Below the pieces are notes generated by a model. That model did no database searches, was not told the origin of the DNA, and worked only from the letters and a program-made list of their open reading frames with translations. The position numbers and the translations under genes were made by a program. A stretch of 64,000 bases of DNA. Origin: the human T2T-CHM13v2.0 reference genome, Homo sapiens. Positions 1-13,487 of this stretch are shown piece by piece. The stretch lies in assembly GCF_009914755.1 (NCBI RefSeq), contig NC_060925.1. One strand, given 5' to 3'. How positions within the stretch are numbered: the stretch's first letter is position 1; every line of letters starts with the position of its first letter.

Positions 1-309
1 TGGCTGCCTCCTTTGTGGTACTGAGCCCCTACCCTCTGGCTGCCTCTTTGAGTCTGATTTTTGAGGCCCCTTCTCTCCACCCTATGTGTGCATCTGTAAT
101 TTAAAATTGCCTTTTTATCTTTTTCTCTGCTGTTCATCTGTCTTAAGTCAGTTTCATTCTGAGGCCAGCCACAGAACCTAGAAGGGTAGAGGCAACTTTC
201 TTCTTTTCCTGCCACTGCGGCAGCATATCCCCACGGGCAGACACAGACGTGGAAATGCAGGAAGATGGAGCAGCAGCAGGAAAGGGACTGGACAGCCCTG
301 GGCACCCAC

Positions 310-405
310 CTGCCACTCGGCTAAGCTCTGCTCCTCCCTGGCCTGCAGATTCCCTGTCCTGGTGATCTGCTCCCGAAGGTACTCCATGTCCTCCTCCAGC
401 TTCAA
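310..405 (-). CDS. TRIM17: TRIM17 second coding exon (96 nt, start of coiled coil); gene continues past the left edge
   Basis: Acceptor cccacag|TTG at 406/405 and donor CAG|GTGGGT at 310/309. Encodes [32 protein letters not shown] (32 codons), the 96-nt phase-0 exon typical of this TRIM class. Confidence 0.93.
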
Positions 406-984
406 CTGTGGGACACACAAACCGCAGGATTTGGGATCAGCGATCCCCCCACCTCCTGCCTAGAGTCCAGTTGTGCTCGCTGAAACTGCACCCACCCCAG
501 AGACCCTCCTCAGGAGGGGCAGGGGATCAAAATACGTCACCCAGAATGTGCCACCTTGGATTATTTTGAGCTGAAGGCACTTAAAAAAGGGCAGGTGTAA
601 GAATTGCTGTGACCCTCGGCCTTCCTAAGAGCAGAAGGCACAGCCACCATGCCAGAGAGGACTGCCCTAGGCCAGGAGGAAAGCCATGTTCTTACCAAGG
701 GCGGGAAAGCCGAAACCAGAGAAATCTGTGCAAAGGGACCCTGCTAAACTAACCCTCATCCTCCTCAGGTACATGTTTGGCTCTAACATGCTTCCATGGG
801 CCTCTGGCTCCTTGGGAGCGACTCCTGGGTCATGGAAAGCTTACAGGGAATGAATTTCAGTGCTTTGCTTCTGCTTATCTGTCTCAAATCAGTTTGGTTC
901 TCAGAGCCACCCAAAATACTCTGAGAGGAGAGGTAAGATTTTGCAATGCCTGCATCATACAGTGTAGGCCCACATTGTCCCCAG

Positions 985-1142
985 GGACACCCCTACCCAG
1001 CCACAGGCCACCTTGTCCCCTGGATGCCTCCTCCCCAGCCCCTGACTCGGGCCACTTTGTCCCTGGACACCTCCTCCCTCCCCCATGATCTGGGTCACCT
1101 TGTCCCCCTGGATGCCTCCTCCCCGGCCCCTTGACCTGGGCC
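985..1142. repeat. Short intronic minisatellite (~43-46 bp unit, 3-4 copies)
   Basis: Repeats of GGCCACCTTGTCCCCTGGATGCCTCCTCCCCAGCCCCTGAC, next to the donor at 1156. Confidence 0.8.
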
Positions 1143-1156
1143 CCGATGTGGCCTAC

Positions 1157-1585
1157 CTTGTACCCCTGCACTGCCTCCTCGGCGGGCAGCACCCTGTGCA
1201 GCCGGTGCTCCCGGGACTCCCTGCACACCACACAGATGGGGCTCTGGTCCTTCTGGCAGAAAAGCTTGAGGGGCTCGTGGTGCTCCTGGCACAGGTCTTG
1301 CTTCTGCAGACCAGGATGCTGCTGCGCCATCTCGGCCACCTTGGTCAGCAGCCGGTTGGGCAGCAGGTTCCTCTGCGGGGACATCTCTCTGCACTCGGGG
1401 CAGGGGAAGGAGCCCTTCCGCTTCCGCCTCCCCTTCTTGCCCCTCGCCTTTTCCCAGCTCAGCTGGATGCACGCTCGGCAGAAGTTGTGGCCACAGGTGG
1501 TCATCACAGGGTCTGTGAAGTAATCCAGACAGATGGAGCACGTAGCTTCCTCCTGCAGTTTTCTGGCGAGTTCCACAGCCTCCAT
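1157..1585 (-). CDS. TRIM17: TRIM17 first coding exon (RING and B-box2), 143 codons
   Basis: ATG in GCCATGG context at 1585. Encodes [39 protein letters not shown]...CPEC (C3HC4 RING) and [12 protein letters not shown]...[13 protein letters not shown] (B-box). Donor AAG|GTAGGC at 1157/1156 gives 429 nt, phase 0. Confidence 0.96.
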
Positions 1586-1626
1586 GGCTCCTGGGAGACA
1601 CGAGGCAGGTTCCCGCTTGAGGGACT
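1586..1626 (-). other. TRIM17: 5'UTR part of the TRIM17 ATG exon
   Basis: Pyrimidine tract and acceptor ctccctccaactctctccag|AGTCC at 1627/1626. A second possible AG lies just before GAGCCATG. Confidence 0.6.
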
Positions 1627-2249
1627 CTGGAGAGAGTTGGAGGGAGCAGCCCGATGATCTGGGCGCCGGCAGTGTGCAACCGTCCTGTACAGCCTCCCTT
1701 TACAGAGGAGGGCTAGGACTGCAGTCCAGTTAGAGAGTCCAGAGTCATCATTTTTAGCCTTGTCAACAACAGACACAGATGCCTCCCCAGAAACTACACA
1801 GACCCTCCCTGACCAATGCTCTGCAGGCCCCTCCGCCTCTCCTCTCCACTGGGCCTGGACCCTACCCGTCCACTTCCGCCTGCTGCTGGCTACCCCCAGC
1901 TCCACATCTCATCAGCTCCTCCTCCCCGACAGACCGTTGCCGGCTAGGCCTTCAACCTGCCTTTCTGGAGAAGCCTGCTAGGTCAGCTTAGGGAGAAGCC
2001 CCTACCCTTGGAGCCTTCCCTTAATCACTTTCCATCCACTGACCCCACCCAGATCCCCACTCCAACTCCCCCATACATCCCCAGCTGTCTTTGCTGGCGC
2101 AACTCTCCCATTGCAAGTAGCCTGACTAAAGAGCCTTTCAAATGTCAGAATTTTTTCTTTAACAAAACCCCGTACACCAAAGGAAGAAGGGATGGGCTAT
2201 CAGAGGAAAAAAGCTCTCTTCCATTCGGTAGTGAGGTGGGGTTCAGAAA

Positions 2250-2493
2250 AAACACGCGTGTGCATGTACGCACAGACGAACACCCATACACATACCCATG
2301 TATGTATACAAACGTGCATGTGCACACACGCATACCCACGCATACACACCACACAAATACAAACATGTACGCACAGAAACACTGATCCACAAACACAGCA
2401 CACACAGGCACAGATGCACATATCGGTAAACATACATGCATGTACACACAGGTACACGCGCGCACACACGCACAGGCACACAAGCATGCACAT
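2250..2493. repeat. Degenerate (CA)n-rich simple repeat
   Basis: Alternating CA/CATG/CACG tract. Confidence 0.85.
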
Positions 2494-2499
2494 AGATGC

Positions 2500-3720
2500 C
2501 CCCTGCAATCTCAACACTCGCGACCCCACGCAGTGGAGATCTACAGACTTTCGCCTACGCCACGGGGTTGCTATGGGGACCGAGTTGCAGAAGGAGTTGA
2601 AAATCGCGTCTACACTGCAAGCACGATTCTCCCCTTCCGTTCTGCCATCCCCTAAAGCGAGGGCGTCTAGGGGTCTCAGACTTCCCCGGCTCTGTCCCAC
2701 GTCCAGTTTCTCGGAGCTTTCTGCACGCCAACCACCCGGCGCCAGCCCTCCGACTCCCCCCAAGAGCCCTAACGGAGGCACCCAGCCCACCCTGACCGAA
2801 GCCGGGCAGGGACAGCGGCAGCGGGCCTGGGGCTCTGGCTCTGGCTGCCGGGATGGCTGTCCTTCCCGCTCTGGTCCGCTAGGGTCCCGGTAGAGTTACC
2901 TTGTTGAAGCGCGCTAGCCCCTCCAGGGACGCGGCGGCCGGCGGAGGCGGGAAGGCCGGGCGTTGGAGGGCGAGGAGGACCGGGTTAGGCTTAGGTCGTG
3001 GCCCAGGCGCCACAGGAGGGTAGCCTAGGCGGCGGGGTGGGGGCTACTCACCGCGGGGAGGGGGGGCCCGCACAGCGCCTAGTGCACCTGGCCGAGCGCT
3101 CGCTGCCGGGAAAGGCTGGGTCTGCCCCCACGAAGCCCAGGAGGCTGCGGCCCGGCCCGGGGCGTGGGGACCTGGGGTCGGGAGGCCTAGGGACTTTGTG
3201 GCGTCAGCGGGGGCTGGGGGGCGGCGGGGGAGGGGAATGCTGGGCGAGGGAGTGTTCGGCGGCCGGGACTGGGGCGGCGCCTCTTAGGAGAGGTTGGGGG
3301 TGGCTTGGGGAAGGAAGGCGGCAGGGGGTGGAAGGCTCTGGACGAGCCGGGGACAGGCGCAGCGGGTGCTGACTGGGCGGTGGGGAGGATGTGGTCCACA
3401 GCCCAGCGAAGGGAGGAGTCTTGTTGGCCTGGGGTGGGACTTTTAGGGGAGGTTAAGGGAGTGTGGAGGGTGGGGAGTTGGGGGGTTACTTGGGGGTGGG
3501 GAGTGGAATGGGGACAGCTGGTGGGGCTAGGGGCGGGCAGGCGAGCGTCAGGGTGGGGGGAGTGGGATTGGAAGAGGCTTCTCAACCTGGGGTTGGGGCC
3601 GCGGGAGGGCACGCGAGCCCCAGGCTGGAGGGTTAGGTGAGGGGCTAAGTTGGTCGGGGTAGGGGATGGAGAGGAGTTTGTGTGGGCTGGGGTGGGGGCG
3701 AGGCAGCAGGAGCGAGTGCC
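2500..3720. promoter_or_regulatory. CpG island/promoter of TRIM17 with a G-rich, G4-prone upstream tract
   Basis: High GC and CpG density, GC boxes, dense GGG runs on the + strand at 3180-3700. Confidence 0.8.
2900..3300 (-). other. TRIM17: TRIM17 non-coding exon 1 region with two candidate donors
   Basis: Donor-like AAG|GTAACT (2900/2899) and GCG|GTGAGT (3052/3051) inside a CpG island. The TSS is inferred only. Confidence 0.55.
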
Positions 3721-3926
3721 TGTTGAGAAGCTATGAAGGGGGTCCCCAGGAGCAGCCAGTCAGCCGCCAGGTCTGCCCACATGGTTGGCAGTCAGCATCA
3801 GGCTGAGGGTACAGGGAGGGGCGTCCCAATCCTGTGGGCGGACCAGTTTGGAGGGACCACCTGGCAGGTCAGGTCCCCTAGAACCAGGCGGGACGGGGTG
3901 GGTCTTGCCGACACCCCAGGTGGTTT

Positions 3927-4555
3927 TGTTACCAGAAACAGGTCCTGATCCAGACCCCAAGAGAGGGTTTTGGATCTTGGGCAAGAAAGAATTCGGGGCA
4001 AATCCATAGAGTAAAGTGAAAGCAAGTTTATTAAGAAAGTAAAGGAATAAAGAGTGGCTACTCCATGGGCAGACCAGCCCCCAGGGCTACAGGTTGCCCA
4101 TTTTTATGGCTATTTACTGATTATATGCTAAATAAGGGGTGGGGTATTCATGAGTTTCCCAGAAAAGGATGGGCAATTCCAGAAACTGAGGGCTCCTCCC
4201 CTTCTTAGACCATATAGGGTAACTGTGACCTTGTCTTGGCATCTGTAAACTGTTGTGGCACTGGTGAGGGTATCTCATAGCATGCTAACGTATTAAAATT
4301 AGCATATAATGAGCAGTCATGATAACCAGAGGTTATTCTGGTCGCCATCTAGGTTTTGGTGGGATTTTGCTGGCCTCTTCACCACATACTGTTTCATCAG
4401 CAAGGTCTTTATGACGTGTATCTTGTGCCAACCTCCTATCCCATCCTGTGACTTGGAATGTCTAACCTCTGGGGAATGCAGCCCAGCAGGTCTCAGAATT
4501 ATTTTACCCAGCCTCTATACAAGATGGAGTTGCTCTGGTTTAAAAGTCTCTTACG
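3927..4555 (-). mobile_element. MER41-family solo LTR (ERV1)
   Basis: Reverse complement of the copies at 29212 and 35084 (AGCAACTCCATCTTG...GATCCAA...GGTAACA). 4-bp TSD GTTT at 3923-3926 and 4556-4559. Confidence 0.85.
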
Positions 4556-5028
4556 GTTTCAGCCAAAATGCCGCCCCCAGCCCTGCCCAGGTCCTGACTG
4601 GTGGCCATTTCTCCTGGCCTTGAGTCCCCATGCCTAGTCATCACGCTTCATCCTCCAGTAGAGGGATGCACCTTTCACATGGAGGGTTCATCTCCTGCTT
4701 TCAGGAACAGGAGCCAGAGGCCTGCGTGCCCTGAGTCAGAGTCCTGGGATTGGAGAGAGAGGACAGATGAAGAAACTAAGGCTTGGCCCACACAGGGGGT
4801 GCAGACAGGCAGGAAAACAGGGCCTTGAAGGCTAAGAGGCACCATTCTGCAATCTCCTGGGTGTGCGGGTGTAGACAGCTGGCCACAGGCATAGATGGCT
4901 GGCTTTCCCTGGGCTCACTCGGTAGAGTGTTTCTTCTGTGGTCTCTCATCACTCGCACACACAAAGGGGTCTGTGTGCTGTCAGGTGCGGGCTGGCTGCG
5001 CACACTGGCCGATTAAGTGAATTACCCT

Positions 5029-5452
5029 TGTGAACCCAGAATATCTGAGGCTAGTTTAAGTCAATTAGGAAGTTTATTTTGCCAAAGTTAAGGACACACG
5101 CCCATGACACAGCCATGTGCCCAAGGTGGTCCGAGCACAGCTTGGTTTTATACATTTTAGGGAGACATGAGACATCGATCAATATATGTAAGATGAACAT
5201 TGGTTCCATCCAGAAAGGCGGGACAACTGGAAGTGGGGAGGGGGCTTCCAGGTCATAGGTAGATAAGAGACAAATGTTTGCATTCTTTTGAGTTTCTGAT
5301 TAGCCTTTCCAAAAGAGGCAATCAGATATACATTTATCTCAGTGAGCAGAGATATGACTTTGAATAGAATGGGACGCAGGTTTGCTCTAAGCAGTTCCCA
5401 GCTTGACTTTTCCTTTTAGCTAGTGATTTTGGGGCCCAAGATTTATTTTCCC
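5029..5452 (-). mobile_element. MER4-group LTR
   Basis: TGTGAACCC...AGTTTATTTTGCCAA...TTGGTTTTATACATTTTAGGGAGACATGAGACATC; homologous to 63511-63951 and inverse to 20219-20686. Confidence 0.75.
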
Positions 5453-6560
5453 CAATAAATTGGGGATTGGGCAGACCCAATCCTCTGCCTGTCATTTGCA
5501 TCAGTGAGGGGATTGTGAGCTGCAGGTTTCCTTCAATTGGGAAAACAGAATCACAGAATTAGAGGGGAAATGGAATATATCTATATCTTGCATAGCACCA
5601 CACATGTCCTAGTCACCTGCTGACACGTTATCACCCTTTGTTACAAATGGTTTACAAGCAGCTGAGCCTAACAACTTCTTTGGGTTTTCACTTCTTTCCT
5701 GTACACCCCATGCATATAAAAATATTAAGATCAATACAACATGGATGCCTTTCTCCTGTTCGTCTGTCTTTGGTCAGTTTAATTCACAGTCTCCTCCCAT
5801 ACTAGCATGATGTGGGGAATTCAACAAATACTTGTTAAAATGTGGCATCAGCCCAGGATGCTCATTATTAAGCTTTTTAGGCTCACCTGGTTATTGAGCT
5901 GAGAAATCTATCATCATGATAAAACAATTGGAATAACCTTCATATCCTCAAGTCATTAAGAAAAAATCAGATAGCAGTTATGTGTCCTGATAAATTGTTA
6001 GGTTTAATAAAAGGCAGGATGTACAGTATATGTAGTCTGCCACTATTTAGGTAAACATAATTACTGTATATGTATCTCTTGGAAAATATACAAGAAATAA
6101 ACAAGAAACTCCATCTGATGAGGGAAATTAAGGGCTGAGGAACCCCCTAATTGAGGGAGGCTCAATTTTCACTATATATCCTTTTGGAATTCTTAAATTG
6201 AATTCTACTTTAATAATTTAATTCTTAAATTAAATACCACTGCTGTGGATTGTGGTTTTTTTTTTCAAATTATTTAAGCAAAGGATCAGCAATGTCAGTC
6301 TTGAAACACAAGTCTTACTTACACTGCTACAAGGTAAATATCCTTTGCCCTTACTGAATGCAGCCCCCACTAAGTTATTAACATTGTAGAAAAGATTCGA
6401 GAGCAAAATTTAAGTGCTCATGCAATTTAAAATAGGCTGAATTAAATGGAAAAGAAGAGGGGCTCCTGAAAATAGGGTAAGAGAGCCATGGCCTCTTTAT
6501 GTCTTCAATTCAGACTGCTCAACAGGAGAGTCCACTGAGCCACAGAAAAACAAATCCGGA

Positions 6561-6915
6561 TTGTTATGAACTGAATGTCTGTCTCCAAAATTCACATTTT
6601 GAAATCCTCACCTCCAAGGTGATGGTGTTAGGAGATGGAGTTCTTTGGAAAGTAATTATGCCATAAGGGTGGAGCCTTCATGAATAGGATTGGTGCCTTT
6701 CCAGAGATTTATTTTCACCTTACCCCTTGCACCACATGAGGACGCAGTGAGAAGGCCCTGTCTGTGAACCAGAAAGCAGAATCTCACCAGAAGCTCAATC
6801 TGTTGGCACCGTGACCTTGGACTTGCCAGCCACCAGATCTGTGAACAATAAATTCCTGTCGCTTATAAACCACCAAGCCATAGCATTTTGTTATAGCAGC
6901 CTGCATAGACTAAAA
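6561..6915 (+). mobile_element. MaLR (MLT1-like) LTR
   Basis: TGTTATGAACTGAATG...AATAAATTCCTG...TTTTGTTATAGCAGCC...GACTAA, the typical MLT1 layout. Confidence 0.65.
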
Positions 6916-7018
6916 CGAAAGAAGACAGATTAATGGGAGAAAGCATACACATTTCATTTGTACATGTACATGGGAGCCTTCACAGCAAAATGAAGACCTC
7001 AAGAGTAGTTAGGCCTAA

Positions 7019-7420
<402 letters not shown>

Positions 7421-7661
7421 TAAGAGCTACTTTAACAAAGCCTGTTTGTATACATTTTGCTGCACTTCAGTCCCCATGCCTAGTCATGCTGTTTCTCCCT
7501 GCTGGTAGAGGCAAGCACCTTTCCCATGGAGGGTTCATCACCTGCTTTCAGGAAAAGGGGTCAGAGGGCCCTTCTTACACCTGCTGTTCTTCAAGTGCCT
7601 TCAGCTCAAAATAATTCTTATATCAAATCTGCATATTTTGGGGAGGTCTATTCTGCTATCT

Positions 7662-8086
7662 TGTTGGGAGCTGAAAGCCTGAGGGTCGTGACCAACTCAG
7701 CATTCCACTGGAGGCTATATGACTAAACAGCAAACTGTTTATCATGAATGCAGGATGTGGGCAAACTCGCATCTGTGCCTGCCACCAGAAGGTACGCTGA
7801 GGGCCTCATTCCCTGGCTCTGTGCTCCTTGAGGTTATCTACTGGGACATCTGGAGCCTACTGTTCAAAGAATGCAGTCATGCAGGCCTGCACTAAGTCAA
7901 GCAGCTGACCACAACCACCCCCTTATCCCTGTCTCCTTTACTTAATAAGAAGGGCTCTAGAAGCTCAGGGCCCTTGTTCACTAGAAGCAAGGAGCCCCCT
8001 GACCCCTTTTTCCAAATATACTCTTTTGTCTTTGTCTTTATTCCCACTTTTGTCCTCCTTTGTTCAGTCCACCAAGGCCCATAGCA
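7662..8086 (+). mobile_element. ERVK-class solo LTR (LTR3-like)
   Basis: TG...CA ends, 425 bp, perfect 6-bp TSD CTATCT (7656-7661 and 8087-8092). The start GTGACCAACTCAGCATTCCACTGGAGGCTATATG resembles LTR3 from memory. Confidence 0.75.
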
Positions 8087-8317
8087 CTATCTCTTAATGC
8101 CTAACTCTCCTTTCTATTATTTCTGGAATTTTAACTTTTTGATATTTAGAACCACTCTTTCCACTTTTATAAACACTGCATGCTCAGGCTACCTCCATAG
8201 TGTACATGCGCTCGAAGAGTTGAGTACACAGTGAACAGATATCCACATTTCAGTTACTATCTCACATCGTTAGAACCCACAGGATACAGAAGCAAAGGCT
8301 CTGGTCGTAATTGTAAG

Positions 8318-9382
8318 GGTCTGGCTCTGTTGCCCAGAATGGAGTGCAGTGGTGTGATCACGGCTTACTGCTCACTGTAACCTGGAACTCTTGGGCTCAA
8401 GCGATCTTCCCACCTCAGCCTTCTAAGTAGTTAAGACCACAGGCACACGCCATCATGCCCAGATAATTTTTGTATTTTTTGTAGAGACAGAGTCTTGCCA
8501 TGTTGTCCAGGCTGGTCTTGAACTCCTTGGCCTCAAGAAATCCTCCCATCTCAGCCTCCCAAAAAGCTGGGATTATAGGCATGAGCCACTATGCCTGGCT
8601 GGAAAGACTTCCTCAAGTGCCCACTTACACGACCCAGAAAGACTTCAGTTACTTTTTTCCTGTGTCTAAACTTCCTTCCTTAGCTCCTCACCTTAGGTCC
8701 TCAGCAATCAGTTCTGAGATACAAATTGCCCTGTATTGCCTTGCTGTATCTTTATAGGGCACAATTAGTGCACTATCCACTCCATTAATCAGTGAAAACA
8801 AGGAACATATAAGGCCAAGCTCTTGTTTTTTGTTGTTGTTGTTGTTGTTTTTGTTATTGTTGTTGTTTTTGACAGGGTCTGTTGCCCAGATTGGCCTCAA
8901 AAACTCCTGGGCTCAAGCCATCCTCTCGCCTCCCCAGTAGCTAGGATTACAGGCATGTGCCACACTGCCCAACTTAGACTCTGTTCTTCATACAAAGACC
9001 AGAATGACAGGGGGCTGCTTAAGTGGCTTGGTCTCCTACAGAAGGCAAAGCTTGATCATGATCCTGTCAAGAATGCATTATCTGCATCCAGTTCCGCAAA
9101 TGTAGCTAACTGCCCAAATTCCTGCTCCCTCCAGGCTATCCAGCAAGATCATCAGCAAGGTTACATAGGTTTAGCTCTCCACCACTGGGCAAGACTTTGT
9201 TAGGACAAGGGCTTTGTAAAGCACAGAAGACTTGAACTTCACCTGCTCGGGAGGCTAAGGCAGGAAGATGGCTTGAGCCCAGGAGTTCAAGGCTGGCCAC
9301 TATGCTCACGTCTGTGAATAGCCACTGTACTCTAGCCTGGGCAGCATGGCAAGACCCTGTCTCTGAAAAAACAAAACAAAAA
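8318..9382. mobile_element. Old Alu and Alu monomers (~8318-8600 minus, ~8825-8975 minus, ~9245-9382 plus)
   Basis: Diverged Alu motifs with A/T-rich tails. Confidence 0.75.
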
Positions 9383-10189
9383 GGGAAAACTTAAATTTAT
9401 CCCAAAGGAGTCTAGTATTGAAAGTCAGAGCTGACTTTCAAAACCAGAACATAGCTGTCCCTGAATATTCTAGGCTTTCTGGATAGCCCTCCAAGGATCT
9501 GGCACTCATAAGTTTAAATACATCCTGAGATTTAAAGGGTATGATGTTCAGTTGTGTGTGTACTAATAAATTGATGAAGCTTTTGAATTTTGAGTCAACA
9601 GGCTATAAATTGGGTTCAAAGAGACTTATAAAATCCACTGTTGCCTATTGATAGCACTTTATGCACATCCCTTGCTATGTATAAGAGCACCTTTTACTAT
9701 CATTGCTTCTACACACAATACAGGCCCCCTTCACTCAAGCATAAGCACCTTGAAAGCAGAGTGGGCAGCAGCCACAGGAAATGGATTTTATTCCCTCCAT
9801 GATCCCAGCATGGGGTAGTGCTTGGCCTCATTCAATTTAATAAAGCCTTTCACAAATAAATGATTCCAACCTGTACCAGAGGGAGACAATCCCTACATCC
9901 TTATCCTCACAGCCATCCTCAGGTTTTCCTGACATAAGTCTACTATTGGATCTGTGGCCTGCTGCCCTAGCTGTAGGATTTCTCAGCAAGTTGGTCTCTG
10001 TGTCTCTCATCCCCAGAGCACTGCCAGACTACTTTGTGGCGCTGGGAAGCCTGTTTCAAAGTGCTGGGCACATGGGCCACGCCTGTCTGCGACTGCTCAG
10101 TAAACTGACTTCCAGGGCAGAGTGCCCTCTTTGAACTTTGGGCTGGGGTTTCCCAGTATTGATTTCACTTAGGAATTAACAATGCACAT

Positions 10190-11290
10190 GCCTAGCTGGG
10201 CTTCTCACACACAACTAGCTAGTCATCTACCCTAACAGAAGACAGGGTGAATTTACAACATACATGACTAGCCAGCCTTTTAACTGAATGGGAGATTGGG
10301 TATGTTAACACATACAATGAGATGGACTTCTAACCCGAGATGGGCCAACACCACAGCTACATATGTGTGCACATGGGTGCACGTGCACACACACACACCC
10401 CTAGCCAGCCTTCTAACCTAATGGGAGATAGCCCAAGTTAAAAAGATACACAACTAGCCAGCCTTCTAAATTAACAGGAGGTAGGCTGAGTTAAAACACA
10501 CAAGTAGCTGGACTTTTTTTTGTTTTTTTTTTTGAGATTGAGTCTCGTTCTGTTGCCCACGCTGCAGTGCAGTGGCATGATCTTGGCTCACTGCAACCTC
10601 CGCCCCCTGGGTTCAAGCAGTTCTCCTGCCTCAGCCTCCCAAGTAGCTGGGATTACAGGTATGCGCCACCAAACCCGGCTAATTTTAGAGATGGGGTTTC
10701 ACCATGTTGGCCAGGCTGGTCTGGAACTCCTGACCTCAGGTGATACACCCGCCTCGGCCTCCCAAAGTGCTGGGATTACAGGCGTAAGCTGCTATGCTGG
10801 TGAAGTAGCTGGACTTCTAACTTAAAATAGGCCAAGATAATACATACTACTTGCTGGCCTTAACAGGAGATGGGCTGTCAAGGCAGAAGACTAGCTGGAC
10901 TGGTAACCTCACTGGAAACAAGCTGCGTGTACACACACACACACACACGCAGGACTTCTAACCTAATTTGAAAGAGGCTGAGCTGAGAACACACAAGACC
11001 AGCCAGCCTTCCAACCTAACTGTAGATAGGCTGAGTTGACACAACTAGCTGGGGTTGCTTACCTAACTGGAGATAGACCAATTAGGCTACCCTCAACACC
11101 CCGTCCCCAAAACAGACCAACCATGATTCTTATCTAAACGGATAGGCCAAGTTAGCCCCACACACTACTAGCTGGATTTGTGACTGGAGACAGGCTGAGA
11201 GGTAACGCGTGTGAGTAGCTGGCCTCCTAACTGGACAGGGTGAACACAGGATTCACCAGCCTCCCACCCTAATCAGAAGTAGGTAAGCCA
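10190..11290. repeat. Degenerate ~50-bp tandem array directly 3' of H3-4, split by an Alu
   Basis: Unit approximately ACAACTAGCCAGCCTTCTAACCTAACTGGAGATAGGCTGAGTTAACAC; equivalent positions at 10401, 10454 and 10504. Confidence 0.8.
10516..10802 (-). mobile_element. Alu inserted into the tandem array
   Basis: 14-bp TSD AAGTAGCTGGACTT at 10502-10515 and 10803-10816. Confidence 0.9.
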
Positions 11291-11340
11291 GCACAGGCCA
11301 GCGGAAGGAACCCCCCGAAACCCAAGAGACTAGCTTGCTA

Positions 11341-11380
11341 CAGCAACTCTTCGACCAGGTGGGTGGCTCTTAAAAGAGCC
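11341..11380 (-). terminator. Histone 3' stem-loop and HDE of H3-4
   Basis: GGCTCTTTTAAGAGCC (11380-11365), then ACCCA, then GAAGAGTTG (U7-pairing element). Confidence 0.95.
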
Positions 11381-11426
11381 TTTGGGGTGAACGTTGCGCA
11401 ACCTCTCAGGTGGCGAGATAGCCCTC

Positions 11427-11879
<453 letters not shown>

Positions 11880-11895
11880 TCAGCGGATTGCTCGC

Positions 11896-11966
11896 TTTTA
11901 TAGAGCTTGCCGCGTTCCCATTGGCTGGCCTCAGGTGGCGTGATGGCCCACTGCTCTCTGATTGGC
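11896..11966 (-). promoter_or_regulatory. H3-4 core promoter (TATA and two CCAAT boxes)
   Basis: TATAAAA at 11902-11896; CCAAT at ~11924-11920 and ~11965-11961. Confidence 0.85.
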
Positions 11967-12194
11967 CCACAGGGAACTCCACTCGGGCGCCTCTCCCTTA
12001 TATTCATGCCTGTTGGTCGTGGCCACCAGAGCTGGCACCAGCATTGTGAAGGGTTGATGCGGGTAGGCCGCGGTGGTGGGGATCATCTCTCTCCAGCACA
12101 AGCTTCCTCATGTCTTCTCAGCGCTCCTCTTCTCCCTTCCCCATGACTTGGGTGGCAAGAGCCTTCCAGAAGCCAGCACATGGCATTCCACTTT

Positions 12195-12830
<636 letters not shown>

Positions 12831-13487
12831 GGCATTCCACTTTTACACAGTGACAAAGCTCTGGGATGCAGCCAGAGTTAAAGGAATCTCCCACTTTTTA
12901 TGACCTGCAAAGAACTCCCTTACCTGTACGGCTTAGATGAGCCTTAGGATTCTGAAGAAGGTAAAGATGTGCCTTTCTGGCATATTGTCTATTTTGAGAT
13001 AAAGGCACTTAAAAAAAAAAAAGAAGAAGCAGGTGTAGGAAGATCATTCTGAATTTCTTGTTGTTTCTTAAATACAAGAGATGAAATTCCCATATGAAAG
13101 ATGTTCTCCTTATAGTAAAAGCAAGGGAACGTTCTTATCATCAAGGACGGGAGGTGGAAGCTTCCAAATCTCCTCCAACTCTCAAGTTGAAATTTGATCC
13201 CTAAAGTTGGAGCCCAGGGAGGGGGGGGCCAGTGGGAGGTGTGTGGGTCCTGGGGTGTCACCCTCTGAATAGAGTCCTGCCCTCCTTTAGGGTGAGTTTT
13301 CACTCTGTTGGTTCCCTGAAGAGCTGGTGTTGAAAAGAGCCTGGCACCCCTCTCCCCTCTCTCTCTGGCGTCCTCTCTCGCGGCAGCCCTGTGACCTCTG
13401 CACATACATGGGTTCCCCTTCACCTTCCACCATGAGCAGAAGCAGCCAGAGGCCCTCACCAGAAGCAGAGGTGGGCCCTATGCTTGC

